Origin: Vicugna vicugna
Taxonomy: Eukaryota
NCBI GenBank assembly: GCA_013265495.1
Contig: MU058198.1
Location: 942,419 to 1,006,418, forward strand
Length of the DNA: 64,000 nt
Reading direction: 5' to 3'
The position numbers and the translations under genes are program-made. The notes under the pieces are model-generated. The model ran no database searches. It had not been told where the DNA came from and saw only the letters and a list, made by a program, of their open reading frames with translations. Of the stretch, positions 1-12,500 are shown piece after piece. Each line of letters begins with the position of its first letter. Position 1 is the stretch's first letter.

Positions 1-6
1 GATATC

Positions 7-440
7 GTGGTATCTAGTCTCTTAGATGGACCTCAGTGAATCACATCTCCTGGTATTCATGCCCTGGTGCAGTCTCCTCCCCTTGAGCTGGTCTTGTGAC
101 TTACTTTTGACCAGTAGACTATTTGGGGAGTGCCACTGCATAGCCAGGTTTCAAGTGGGCCTTTTGAAGACTTGCTTTGGATGCTCCATCTTGGAACTCA
201 GCTGTGAGAAGGCCAAGCCACATGGAGGGGCCTTGTGTAGGGAGTCTGGTTAAAAGCCCCAGGTGAGCTCATAGCTGACATCCAATGTCACCTGGCAGCC
301 ATGGGAGTGGGCCCTCCTGGAACCCCACCTGCCTCCTGGCTGTAACTGCATGAGAGACCCTGAGCAAGAACAATCTATCAGCCCAAGAACCATGATAAAT
401 AATCATAAGAGATTTGTTAACCATTTGGTGTTTATATCTC
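7..440 (+). mobile_element. MaLR solo LTR (MLT1F/G-like)
   Basis: Opens GTGG...agatggacctcagtgaatcacatctcctggtattcatgccc and contains ctgcatgagagaccctgagcaagaac, matching recalled MLT1F/G consensus; boundaries approximate. Confidence 0.65.
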
Positions 441-1419
441 GAGGATATTTCTATGCCTACAATTATAAATAATTAGCAACAATAATTATCATCACAAAAG
501 GAGATCATGCAATAATACGGTTGTGCCCACTGACGTTTTTAAATTAGAAATAAATCATGGATTTTTTTCCTCTGTCAATAATGTTCATGAAATATTCACT
601 AATGGCTGGACATCACTTATTTTATTTTGCTTTATGGAATTATTTTGGCCACTACAGAGCTTCATTAAAAATCTTTGCATATTTCTGTAGAGTAAGTTCC
701 CAAAAGTAGAAAGGCTAGTTTAAAGGGTAACATGCATTTTTCTCTTCATCTGTCTCTTTTCCTTCCCTCCCTCCTTTCTTCCTAAAGGCAGCTCAAAGGA
801 TTTGTAAGAAGGAAAAGTGCTCAAGTTGGAACTATAAAAGGATTGGGGTTAGACATCAAGAAGAACTTTCTGATTGCAATGGCAGTTCTATGGGCAAGAG
901 CAGGCCACTGGCACCACAGTTGCTTGGTTCATGCAGGTCTTCAGAAAAGAACAGAGTTATATATCTGGGCTGATTAAATTCCTGGGGTTACCTGCTGCAA
1001 ATCCGCTTTCTCTGCATCCTCAATTACGTTCTTGTGAATTTCTAAAATGAGAGTCATTCACCCATTTCAGTCACCATCCCCTGTGACTTAAATGCATCCC
1101 TTCCCCTTCAAGGTGCCTATCTTTTGCACTATAAAAGTCAACCCTCGTGACCTACAGACATGAGGACCCCTGGCATTGTGCACAATTGCAGTGGTGTTAT
1201 TTATGCTGCTGCTGGAAGGTGCTTCAAGGACAGGTATCTAGGAAAAGCAATTTCTAAGCCTCCCAGGCAAGAAGTCAGCACTGCCCTTGTTTAGATCAGC
1301 TGGGGAGTGGGGACTGAATTGTGTGATGGGGCCTTGCCTCCTATGGGCTGTCACCTCCCTTACTCTCCCTGCTCCACTCCGAATCTCGAAGGGGAGGAAG
1401 GGGAAATAAAAAGATGATG

Positions 1420-2645
1420 CTGGCTCTGGAGCACCAAGCCACTGCTGCGGCCCCCCAGTTCCCCACAGCGGGGAGGGTACCAGGTTGCTGTATCCGGAAA
1501 GGCCTGAAGGGAAAGGAGGCATCTCTTCCAGGGCAATAGCTGCACCCACGATGCAGAACATCAGGTGTGTGGTAGTGGGCGATCGGGCCATCTGCTGTGC
1601 AACTAATGCCTCCCCTAAGGAGCACATCCCCACAATGTTCCAAGATTACAGCGCTCGGAGCAGTAGACGGGCACACGGTTAGCCTGAATCTGTGGGACAG
1701 AGCGGGCTGGGAGGAGTACGACCGACTGGAACACTCTCTCACCCTCAGACCAACGTCTTTGTCATGTTTCTCTATTGCCAGAGAGTGTACGGCCCAAGTG
1801 GCATCCAGAGGTGCGCCGCTGCTGCCCCGACCTGCCCATCCTCCGACGGGCACCAAGGAGGAGCTCAGAGCCCAGTCTGATACCCAGCGTACCTCAAGGA
1901 GCGAGGCCAGGTGCTGGCCAAGCCATGCCCACTGTGCCCCACCTCTAGTGCTCAGCCCTGCAGGGCATGAAGTCAAAGAAGAGTTTGCTGAGGGTGTCTT
2001 GGCGGTCCTTGACCCCACATAGATCAAGCAAGCATTGGTGTGGGTGGTCCTGCATCCTCCTGTGACCCTGCCACTCAGCTTCGAGGATGCCCCGGTCCCC
2101 CACCCACAACCAGTTGTGCATTTGTGCGTTGGTGCTTTGTCTGCCCCCAGCTGCACCAGCAGGATGAATTCCAGCACCCCTGGGCAAAGGAGGCCCACAG
2201 GGAAAGGGGCTTTGGGCCAGGCGGCCCCACCCTGCTTGGGAACACAAGGTATTCTCAAGAGCTCACCCAACCCAAGGTTGACCCCTCCCCAAGAAGCCAA
2301 CCCAGTGCCCCCTCCCCATTTTCCCCTACTGACCACTGACCCAGCATCCCAGAAAGATGCTGGTGCCTCCTGTCAGGTCAGGAGCTCTCAGCTGTCCTGT
2401 CCCTGACTGCTCTGTGACTGCTCTTTGAACTGCTCCCTCTCAAGATGCTCTCTCCCTTCCCCAAAGAAGGAGCCACGGAATCCTAAGAAGATGAATGTGC
2501 CCTAACCTACCCCCATGTGCCCAAACCTACCCCCATGTGCCCAGGCCTTATGCACCTGCTGATTAACTCAGCCCCCCTCCCCTCTGGGCTCCCGGGGGGC
2601 CTTTCCCACCCCCCATCAGCAGCATTAATTCTCCTGGTTCCAGCT
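1420..2645 (+). pseudogene. RHOG: Processed pseudogene of Rho GTPase RHOG (5'UTR + disrupted CDS 1551-2065 + 3'UTR)
   Basis: ATG at 1551 gives [29 protein letters not shown]; other frames give [64 protein letters not shown], ending SCILL-TGA at 2063-2065. RHOG as recalled: MQSIKCVVVGD...LNLWDTAGQEEYDRL...SCILL. Frameshifts, deletions and an in-frame TAG at 2020-2022. UTR-like flanks (ctgcacccacgATG; ggccttatgcacctgctgattaactcagcccc) are contiguous with no intron. Confidence 0.93.
2495..2542 (+). repeat. 20-bp tandem duplication inside the RHOG retrocopy 3'UTR
   Basis: atgtgccctaacctaccccc atgtgcccaaacctaccccc atgtgccc. Confidence 0.9.
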
Positions 2646-3099
2646 GGGCAGAGGATGCTGCTGACAAGACTTGAATTCAGTCTTTCTGGCCTCTGTGGAT
2701 GGTGCCGGGAGGTCTTCAGGAAGTTGTGCCCCGAGGGCTCTAGAAGAGGAGCAGGGAAGGGTTTCCTAGGGGCAGCTGTCCCTCCACGTAGTTCCAACCC
2801 CAGGCCCTGCCCGCTGGCCAGTGCCATCTATGTTTCCCCATGCGTCCGCTTGCTCCAGGGCAGAAACCAGGAAATGTGGCATGTCTTTCCTTAAGTTGGT
2901 GATTAGGGGACATGAAACTGACTGTGGACTAGTGAGGTGGAGGTCAGGCAGTGCGACCCCACCCCACGGGAAAGGCAATCCCTGAGGGATGGCTGCCAGG
3001 TTCCTGGAAAGGCTCTGAAGGATCTTTTTGCTCTTTGCAGGCTGAACCTCGCCGCAAATATCCAGGTACATAAGAACCTGACCTCGCTGGAAAAGGTTG

Positions 3100-3270
3100 T
3101 GATGTGTAGTGGTTAACTTGCTGAGCCTCAATTCCTGCATCTGTGAAATGGGCATCATTATTAACAGTAATAATAAAGATATTAACAAAGACAGACAAAA
3201 TAACATATATAAAATACTTACTACAGGTCCTGGCATGCAGTGAGCACCCTGTACATGTCCGCTAATTTAC
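3100..3270 (+). mobile_element. MIR SINE fragment (one of dozens in the window)
   Basis: ctgagcctcaattcctgcatctgtgaaatgggcatcatta...tcctggcatgcagtgagcac core and tail. Confidence 0.7.
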
Positions 3271-5283
3271 TTTTTACACCTGGCCAGTTCAGTTCAGTTA
3301 TTGAGCTAGAGGCCAGATCCTGTGCTGGAAATAGATGAGTAGGAATCTGAGCTCTCAAGGTATCCATTGAAGATTCTAGTTTATCTCCATGATCATTGCA
3401 GGCACTGGAGTCCCGTCACCTTATTGGGAAATTCTTCGTTGCCTCTTACCTAATCCCCCCAGCTGCAGCTGCATCCCCCACCCTTGTTTCTCTGCTTGGT
3501 GGAGAAAAATGGTGGTCGTTATCTGTAGAACTACACACTTAAGAACCATTATTATATGATGACTCAGTTGCCTCTTGCATTTTCTGAAACAGCCTTTGTT
3601 CTTCTTAGATTTTAGTTTTTATTTTGATAGCTCTTTAAAATTTTCTTTGTAGCTTGACTATTATTTTTCTGTGGAGACCCTTACTTGTCACCATATTTAG
3701 CACTGGAGTGGATTCTTTTCAAAGCTAAGGTCCGTGTTACCTCCTTTCTTTGAATCTCTCTTTCCAGGAGCTCAGGCCAAGGGTGAGAGCACCGCCTGAG
3801 GCCGGGATGACAAAAATGTTGCCTCTTCAGTCGATTGGTAGGGGCTGCTAGGTGTCAGGCTGAGAAGAGTTCCAAACCCAGGCCTGCCTGCCTGGGGCTA
3901 GCAGTGCTGCGATGGATTGGTGATGCCTGCCACGGGGGAAACAGACACTGCGGCTTTGCCATGAGGAAGTCTTGGGCCCTGGATCCATGGTGCAGCCTTC
4001 CTTTTCCCCAGAAGTTAACAAAGTAGACCAGAACTTGTTGAGACCTAGCAAGGCTGCCCTTGTGGATGAGTAGTCAGCAGAAGCCAAGATGGCAGCCAGC
4101 CCAGGGTAGTCTGATTCAGGGCAATGGGGAAAAGTGAGTCAGCCTCCAGGCTCCAGGCTCCAGGCTCCGGACTGAAGCCAGCCTTGCCAATCAGTTGGCC
4201 TTCTCTTGACATGAAAATGGGTTCTGCCTCTTTGATCGGGGCAGGTTCTTTGGGTAACCATGACAACTACTAGACACTCAACTGGGAAACCACATTAAGA
4301 AGTTTCCAAGTCATACTTCTCAGTTCCAAAATTCATCTTCTTACGACTACCACACACTGAGCACCTACTATGTGCTGGGTGGCTTTGTATAGATGAGATG
4401 ATTTTATGTGACTTGCCAATGAACATTTTTACTTTCAAAGTTATGCATTTAGTTTAAATGGTATTAAAGGAACATTATTTTTTTCCATTTAGGGTGGTGA
4501 TAAAAGCCTGCTTATCAAGTAACTTTATTAAAAAAAAGTAAGTTGATTTAAAGAAACATATAAGGAAATAACAGTGTAAAGTGAGTGCAGGCTCTGATCT
4601 CCATTTTACAAATGAGGGAAAACTGGCATTCAGAGAGGGTCAGTCTCCCGCCCAAGACGGCAGCCAGGAAGTCGCAGAAGCAGTCTGGAAGCACTTGCCG
4701 GTGCCATTCTGAGTCAGGTTTTGCGCCAAGTGATGGATGCAGCTGTGTTTTCTCAGCTCTGGGGGTTTGTCACAGAGACAGATGGGGGCAGGGCTTGAGG
4801 TGGCTCTCCAGCAAACCCAGAGCAGAAGAGTTATCAGAAAGGACAGGCTCTTTAAAATGAGAGACTGGAGGAGTTGTCCTAGCCGCTCAGATCTGCCGCA
4901 TGTCTAGCTGGCACCCTTGGGCAAGTAAGCACAGTGAACTTAGGATTCCTCACTGGTTCAATGTGGGCAACAGTGGTGTCCTGTTTAGAGAGCTGTTGTG
5001 AGAGCTACAGGGAACCGCACACACGAAGCTCAGCACAGAGCCTGGCCCAGGGAGAGTGTGCAGTCAGTGGTCACAGTTATTATGTGTGAGTGTGATGACC
5101 GGTCCTGTGAAGGTGATAAACTGAACCAGGTGATGGCCTGATGCGGAGGAAGCAGCACCGGCAAATCTAGGCAGGGGCTTCTCCTGGTGTGGTTCTTGGA
5201 GGATGGGGGAACTGGCTCTAGAAAGAACTCAGACTCATTTCTCACACCGGGCCAATGAAAGTGTCCTTCACGCTGCTTATGAA

Positions 5284-5506
5284 ATATGAAAGTTGTTAGA
5301 GTAAATCCTGAGATTTCTCATCTCAAGGAAGAAAATGTTTCCTGTTTTGCTTTCTCTTTTTATTGTATCTGTTTGAGATGACGGATGCTGACTAAACTTA
5401 CTGCGGCAATCATTTCACAATATATGTAAGTCAAATCATTATGCCGTGCACCGGAAACTTACACAGTGATGGATGTCAATTATATCTCAATAAAACTGGG
5501 GAAAAG
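5284..5506 (+). mobile_element. L1 3' end (L1MB-like)
   Basis: taaacttactgcggcaatcatttcacaatatatgtaagtcaaatcattatg...gtcaattatatctcaataaaactggggaaaa is a typical old L1 3'UTR terminus. Confidence 0.75.
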
Positions 5507-8029
5507 ACAGCATCCCGAGGCTTCCCAGTTTTGTTAGGAGACCCCTCGGGGTTAGCTTGGGTTCTCACATAGACCCCTGGACAAGCCACTTCCTTTTTCA
5601 GAGCCTCAGTTTCCAGATCTGCAAGTGAGCCGATTAATAATAAAGCAATCATAGTAAGGGTAATTTCATAGCTCCCATCTGATGAAGGTGAGCGGGGGTT
5701 TAACAGACACACAAGACGAGGAAGGGCTCCCAGGGAGAGTGAACAGCATGCGCAAAGGCAAAGAGGCAGGGAAGAGGATGATTTCAGGGCAGCTAACTAT
5801 CAAGTGTTTACTATGTGTCAAGCCTTGAACTCAATTCTTCATATACATGAAGCATATCTTGTATCTATGATACCAAACGTTATCTACTATTATAATATCT
5901 AATATTAAATATCCAGTATTTAATCCTTGCTAATGGATACTGTTTTCACTCCCTTACTGTAGATGAGAAAGACTGAGGCTCAGAAGGGTAAAGAAACTGA
6001 CTGAGGCTGGACGCAAAAATATCAAATGCCTCTTCCAGCCCTCCCACTCACACACACCGTAACACAAGGGCTGAGCACAGGTAGCAATAACTGGTGCACT
6101 TATTCATAGTGTCTTAATGCCTCCCTTTATTAGGCACTGACTGCATGCGGCTCACTTGCTACAGATTTTACTTCTATTAAATTGAATCCTCACATGACAC
6201 TGGGAGATCGATACTATTAATATCCCCGATTTAGAGATGAGAACACTGAGTTTCAGTGGGCTAAGAGACCGGCCCAGATCAGGCATCAGGCATGTGCTGG
6301 ACCAGGATTCAAAACCAGTTTCTTAGACCCTAAAGCCCCCCTGATGCACCTGCTTGTCCAGATGCTTCCATAATTAGCTTGAGGGAACTGACTACTAAGT
6401 GGAAATGGGCTAGTTCTTTCTTTCTTTGCTTCCTTTTTTTTTTTTAAAGGTATGTATCAGCTGTCATGTACGAGGCATGAGGTAGTTGAGGGAAGAATTC
6501 CCTTCAGAGGAGGTGTGAGTCCTTCGAGAATACCCACCACTCCCAGCTCCTGGGAATAAGTGGAGGTAAAGAAACTTGGGGTTCATCTCTGCCTCTGAGG
6601 TCTAATCGCTTCCTTGAAGTCCAGGGTGTATGACGCAGACCCTCTCCATCGCACCTCCCAACGTGGAATGGTGCTCCCACTGGCTAGTCCTTCCTAGGAT
6701 CTGCCCCGTGTGCTCAGTGTCCACGCACGTGGCCGTCCCTGACTTGCAGCTGGTGACTGTCATGTGCACAGGTTGCTCCTTTATTTTGCTGTTTTGTGGA
6801 CCCAGGGTGATGGTCACTGGGTGTCAGGGGGACCAACAGGAAGTCAGAGGCTTCCGGGCTCTTCATCTGGAGTTTAGTGGGATGTCAGAGGCTAATTGCC
6901 GCTCTGCTCGGGTTTTCTCTGTTTGATTAAGCATCTTGCCCTAGGCACCATCCATCTGCCGTCCAATGGCTGCCAGGGGTAGGTATTTTTAGCTGCCGGG
7001 CAAATAGCTCATCAATTGTGCATACAAAACACAGCCAGCACAAAGCCTTCATTTCTGTTGCCTGCCTTCTTCCACGTAGGCAAGGACAACAGAAGAAGTG
7101 AAGGAGGTTGGTGCTCACTTGTTCATTCAACAAACATCTACTGAGCTGCCCACCGTGCACCACACACTATGCCAGATATGCAGCAATGTGCAAAGTTACA
7201 GGTGGCAAGAGTCCACGTGGAGTTTACCATCTATTTTGATGAGTAAAATTGTGCTCTGTTACCTACTAGCTCTGTGGCCTTGGGTAAGTCACACATTTCT
7301 CTGGACTTTTTTAATTTTTCATTTAAAAATCATATACTGGTCATGTGCTGTGTACCGCTTCTCTCCCATAGCAAAGGAGGCAGAAAGGGAAAGAGGTTGC
7401 ATGACCAAGCGGCGAGTGTGACCCAGGTGGCCTGGGCCATTTTCTCCGGCCCATGGAGAGAAAGTGGCAGTGAGTTCAATGTCAGGGCCTGGGAAGGCCA
7501 CACGGAAGTGTGAAGGAGGAGATTGGAAGATGGGCACTCTGGGATCCAGGCACAGCCTGGGCGAAGGGAGCAGGACCATGGGCGTCACAGTCAAGACCTA
7601 GGAACATAATAAACAAATAAAACAAATAATTCTTCAGCCAATGACCCTAGCTGTCTTTCTAGCCTGAAGGCTTCTCTTTGCAGAGACCACTTCCCAGGGA
7701 CAGCTGGCTGCCTTGCAGTCAAGGCCACCTATCAACATAGCAATCAGCTGTCGACTTCGCACCTCCACCTGCTTTCTAGTGTTAAGTTTGCATCAAGTGT
7801 CTCCAACTTAAAAGAGGGAGAAGCAATACCATGTGATGTCAGGAAAAAAAACCAAACCCACTCACTAGTATCTACAAAGGTTCCAGAGCGTAGCATCGTG
7901 GTTAATAGAGCTACCCAGGGTTCCATTGCCGTAGACACCAGCGCGGCACTGACCACAGCTATCCCCAGCACCACTTCAGTGACTTGGGAGGCACTTCAGG
8001 GGCTCCCAGCATCAACCCAGAAAGATAAG

Positions 8030-8280
8030 TGACAAAAAGCACAGATTCTGGAGCCAGGTTGCTAGGGTTCAAACCTGCTTCTGCCACTTTCTAGCTGTGT
8101 GTCCCTGAACAATGTACTTAACCTCTCTGTGCTTCAGTTTGCTCATCTGTGTAAAGGATAATGATACGGCACCTATCTCAGGCTTTTGTGAACACGAAAT
8201 TAATTAATACGTGGAAAGTGTCCAGCACAGTGCCTGGTACCATGCAAACTATCCACATCTTACCATTATAATTTTACATT
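8030..8280 (+). mobile_element. Near full-length MIR
   Basis: agattctggagccag...gggttcaaacc...tctgccactttctagctgtgtg...acttaacctctctgtgcttcagttt...agcacagtgcctgg. Confidence 0.8.
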
Positions 8281-9129
8281 TTAAGTCCAGAAGTGTGCGA
8301 CTTTGTGTATTACTATTAATATATTGCCACCTTCTTTTTGAGAATATAGTAGCTGCTTAATATCTGTCTATTGAATGAATGAATGACTATGAACATAGAT
8401 TAACGTGGCATCGAAGACCTGCAGAAGAGCTTTGTCATAGTTCTGAATAGACTGGAAGATTACTAAGTGTTTTCTGCAAAAAATTGAGTCAGGTGATGTG
8501 ATCAAGGGTAACTGGAAATTAATTGGAAATTAATTTAGCATTCAGTATGTGAGAGAGATTTTTGGAGACTATCAGCTTCTCCAGAAAAGGTTTTGTGCCA
8601 GAATCTTCCACGTGAATCTGATTTCCGTTCAACATAAATTTAGTGATGCCTAGCCGTGTGCCAAGCCTGGATCAAGGCTTTTAGGAGTAGAAGGCTTTGG
8701 GCTCAAGGTGCTCAGATCTTACTGAGTAAGTCATCCCAAGGCAACATGAGGAGTCATTTCAAGCTTTCTGCTCCCTTCAGTGGCTCTGTGCCAGGGCTTA
8801 TAAACTCAAACGGCAAAAGGGACCAGGCAGGTAACAGCAATGTGTGAGGTGGGCGCGAGGGGGCCTTTAGTGAATTGCACAGCTCACGCCCCCTTTCAGG
8901 AGGGCAGCCACTGTTCAGTTCCACCTGCTGGTTTCCCAGGAGGGGATGACAGCCAACTGTGGCCGGGTCTTCCAATGTTTCAGAAGAGGCTTTCAAACAA
9001 CACCCACACATACACGCATATGGTGTGACCTATGGGTCCCTGGTTTGAGATCTCGGCTTTATAGCAAAATCCAGTGTATCTGCGCAGCCAACCAGATACC
9101 TCCCACGCCATCAGCAACCTTCTGTCTCC

Positions 9130-9504
9130 CTTCAAGTGTTGTTGCCAGAATGTGAGTGCTCTTTCTTATCTTCATAGCACTGCATGGGCTATTTCTTCTG
9201 TTGGGGATGCCTTCCCTGCTACAACACTTTGCTTGGAGAACTTTTTACTTTTAAAGCCTTCCCTGATGATCTCAGTGCGCTGAGGTAAGCACCTCACTGG
9301 ATAGAGCACTTAACACATTTTCGTAATGATCTCCTTCAAAATCCTTATCACCCCATTCGCTGGGAGCCCCTGGAAGGCAGAGACTGGATCTTTTTCCCCT
9401 GAACCTTGAGGGCCTATCACAGGGCAGTCTAAGAGTAGGCACTCCATCAGTGTTAGTGGAATAAAGGAGTGACAGATGGATGGATGGATGGATGGATGGA
9501 TGGA
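9130..9504 (+). mobile_element. L2 3' end with (TGGA)n tail
   Basis: gggagcccctggaaggcagagact...agtaggcactccatcagtgttagtggaataaa followed by a (gatg)n run at about 9474-9504. Confidence 0.65.
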
Positions 9505-12500
9505 TTCCCCAAGGCACTCTCTGTGGAGCATTCATCTGCTTGCTGTCACTTTGGTGGCACTTCATTATATTCATGATGACTTGATCTTATCCCTTTCCTC
9601 TCATTTTTCTCTAAACCCAGTCTCTCTGGGTAGCCTCTCGGGAACTTCTTCCTGTTACCTCCTATGGTGGTTGATGGATCTGAGTTCAGATTCCCCATTT
9701 ACTTGGCCAGGTATGTTCCTCATCTGTGCAATGAGACAGTGCCATTTTCCCCTAGAGCTTATTAAGAGGACTGAGTAATTTCACATGTAAAAGCTTTAAT
9801 ACCATACCTAGTATGCAGTAGGTACTCAAAAGTATTATTCATTTCTCTACTGAGTATGATAGTCAGTTTCTTTCTTAAAGCACTGATCCTTTCCTTGCTG
9901 AAAAGTGGAGAGGTTAAGAGCATCAATTCCTAGCTCTGTGATCCTGCCTAAGGTAATTAAATACTCTGTGCCTTAATGTTCCCCATCTGTAAAATGGGGA
10001 TAATAATACCTGTCTCCTCAGGTTCCTGTGGGAATTAAATCAAGTGTTTAGAAGAGTACTTGGCACATAGTGAGTGCTCAGTAAATGTTAGTTTTGTTGC
10101 TCACCAGTCCAAACCAAGAGATTCTGGGGGTGAAGAGGATTTTGCATTTTCACCAAGGCTAGTCAGGCTAATTTCTACCTACTTCCTTCTGTCACAGATA
10201 CTGACTCGCTACTGGGTTCAAGCAGCTTGCTACAGCTTTGGATGTCATAGTAAACCAGAGGAAATGGTTTCTTCCTTTCTGGGGTTCTAGCCTGGCAGAC
10301 GCCAGATAGGTCCCCAGAGAGAAGTTCCACGACAGAGAGAGATGGCCAGCTATGGGAGCACTCAGGAAGGGGTAACAAGTCTAACCTGTAGGATTAGGGA
10401 AGGCTTCCTGGAGGAAGTGGCATGTGTGCAGTGACATGGAGGAGCGGGAGCCAATCATGGAGTGACTGGGAAGCAAAGTGTGTCAACAAGAGGGAACAGA
10501 ATGTGCAAAGGCCAAGAGACAAGAGAGAGGATGGCCGTTGGAGCAGCTGCAAGTTCAGTGTTGAATGCGGGCCACAAACTGGAGGCTTGAGGGGCAAAGT
10601 CCAGGCTGCAGAAATGTGTCTTTAAGATTTTTGACTCAGTTGCCATGTTTGCAAACTGGAGTATCTCACATCCAATTGAGGATTTGAGCTTCTTTGGAAA
10701 ATCAGAAGGGAAGGCCACTCTGGGCCCACATTTCCACTTGAGGCTGATGTCCAGCTCAACAAGTCCCCACCAGGCCTCCCTCATTTCTGTCACCTGCCTG
10801 CCCCTGCCCGGAGAGGGAGCTGGAGGGCGGCCTGGTGGGAGAAGAGGGTTTGAGTTGAATTTGTCCTGAGGCAATGGAGGGTCATGGAAGCGCTTAAAGC
10901 ACTAAAGGGTTTTACTAAGACGCTTGTTATTTTTCTACCGAACCACGGACATCCACCATCTGGGCATCCGGGCTGATGAAGAACAGAGCATCCTTTGTAT
11001 ACCTCACTGAAGCTCCCAAACACAGGTGAGCACTGTAGCTTCTCCTGTATAACCTTTGACAGGAGCAGCAGAGGTTCTGAGAGGTACCATCTTCCTGCAT
11101 CATGCATCCCCCTTCCCCCCTTGGGCAAGCCGGGAAAGGTTCCTCGAGATCTGGATGTTCAAGAACACTGGAAAATTCTCTGATGCACACCTCCCGGTGG
11201 CACGCCCTCCAAGGCCACCGTCCTGGTGGACGTTCTGTTCCACTGTGGGACCTGCATTCTCCCAGCAGATGTGGGGTTGAAGTGGCTGTACCCTGTGCCA
11301 GGGACGTGGCCAGACAGGGAACAGACCATGCCCAGGAGACAACGTCTAATTACCTGGGGGCCTCAGGAAGCAATTTCCTCCGGCTGGAGAAATTGGTTTC
11401 TGTGCCTCCAGCCCGTGCACACAGCCGAATGACATGTAGGTCAAGGAGGCATAATTATATGGAAATGGATTTACGTTTGGGAAGTTCTAAAAACCCACCC
11501 CTGTGCACTGGGAGGCGGCAGAGACAGACAGTAGCTTCCATTCTGCCCAGGCTGGGTTTAGCAGGTGAAGGACGGCTAGCTTCCTCGTGATTCTGAAGGG
11601 GTCTGTTTCTTTTCTGACTTTGGGACACATGCCTGAATGTCACAGAGAAAAGGAAGCAATGCCTTCCTAGTGCTGGCGTTATGAGTATGGGCGCTGGATC
11701 CAGACCTGACAAGTACTTGCTGTGAGACCTCGGGCAAGTTATCTAACTTCTCTGTGCCTCCATTTGCTCATCTGTGAAATGGAGCTGATGGTGAGGACTA
11801 AATCAGCTCATGCGGGGAAAGTGTTTCGAAGAGTGTGCGCTGCATATAGCAGACACCCCTGTGGGGAAGTGTGGCCTCGGCTTCCCTCTCCACGCCACCT
11901 CACTCGCCACTCCCGCCTACCCTGTGTCCCAACCGAGAGGAACCCCAGCATCCGCAAACAAACCTCACTGTCTCCAGCTCTGGGCCTCTGCCTAACACTC
12001 CTCTTCCACTTGTTCTGGATGCCCCTTGTCCTTGGCCCGCCATGAGCCAGCTGGTCCAGACCCCCTGACAGACGCCCACCCCCACGCTCTGCTGCGCCCT
12101 TGTCTGTCTGCTTCTCTGCGCAGAAATATCCTTTCCAAGAGAGGACAGGGAAAGCGCCAGCAGCAAAGCAAGTGGGTTTCTTTTTTATTTCCCCGTTTGG
12201 AAATATGAGAAAATCTAAATAACAATAGCAGCAGGAGTAGCTTTAGGGATGATGTCAGGTGAATCCACGCCTCTTCCTGCTGCGAGGGAAGTAGTCTTCA
12301 CATTAAAAGTAATAGCTTCCCTTTAGCAATTCTCCTTTATGCTAAAACCTGTGATAAGTGTTTTACACATAAGTATCGCTGCTACTCCCCTCACTGTAAA
12401 GGTGGATATTGTCAGATCTTTTCTACAGACAGGGAACTTAGGATCAGGTTTAGAGACTTGCCTGTTTGCACAGCTAGTAAGTCACAAAGCCAGGATCGGA

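Noticed and set aside
1551..2065. Functional RHOG gene
   Set aside because: P-loop deletion, several frameshifts and a premature stop
8512..8536. Short tandem duplications (ggaaattaatt x2; others near 20150, 23537, 28550, 46592)
   Set aside because: Two-copy slippage duplications without spacers or shared sequence; not an array or CRISPR-like structure
10935..10960. REST/RE1-like word accacggaca (also ccttggacagctc near 36023)
   Set aside because: Only partial matches; the TTCAGCACC half is absent
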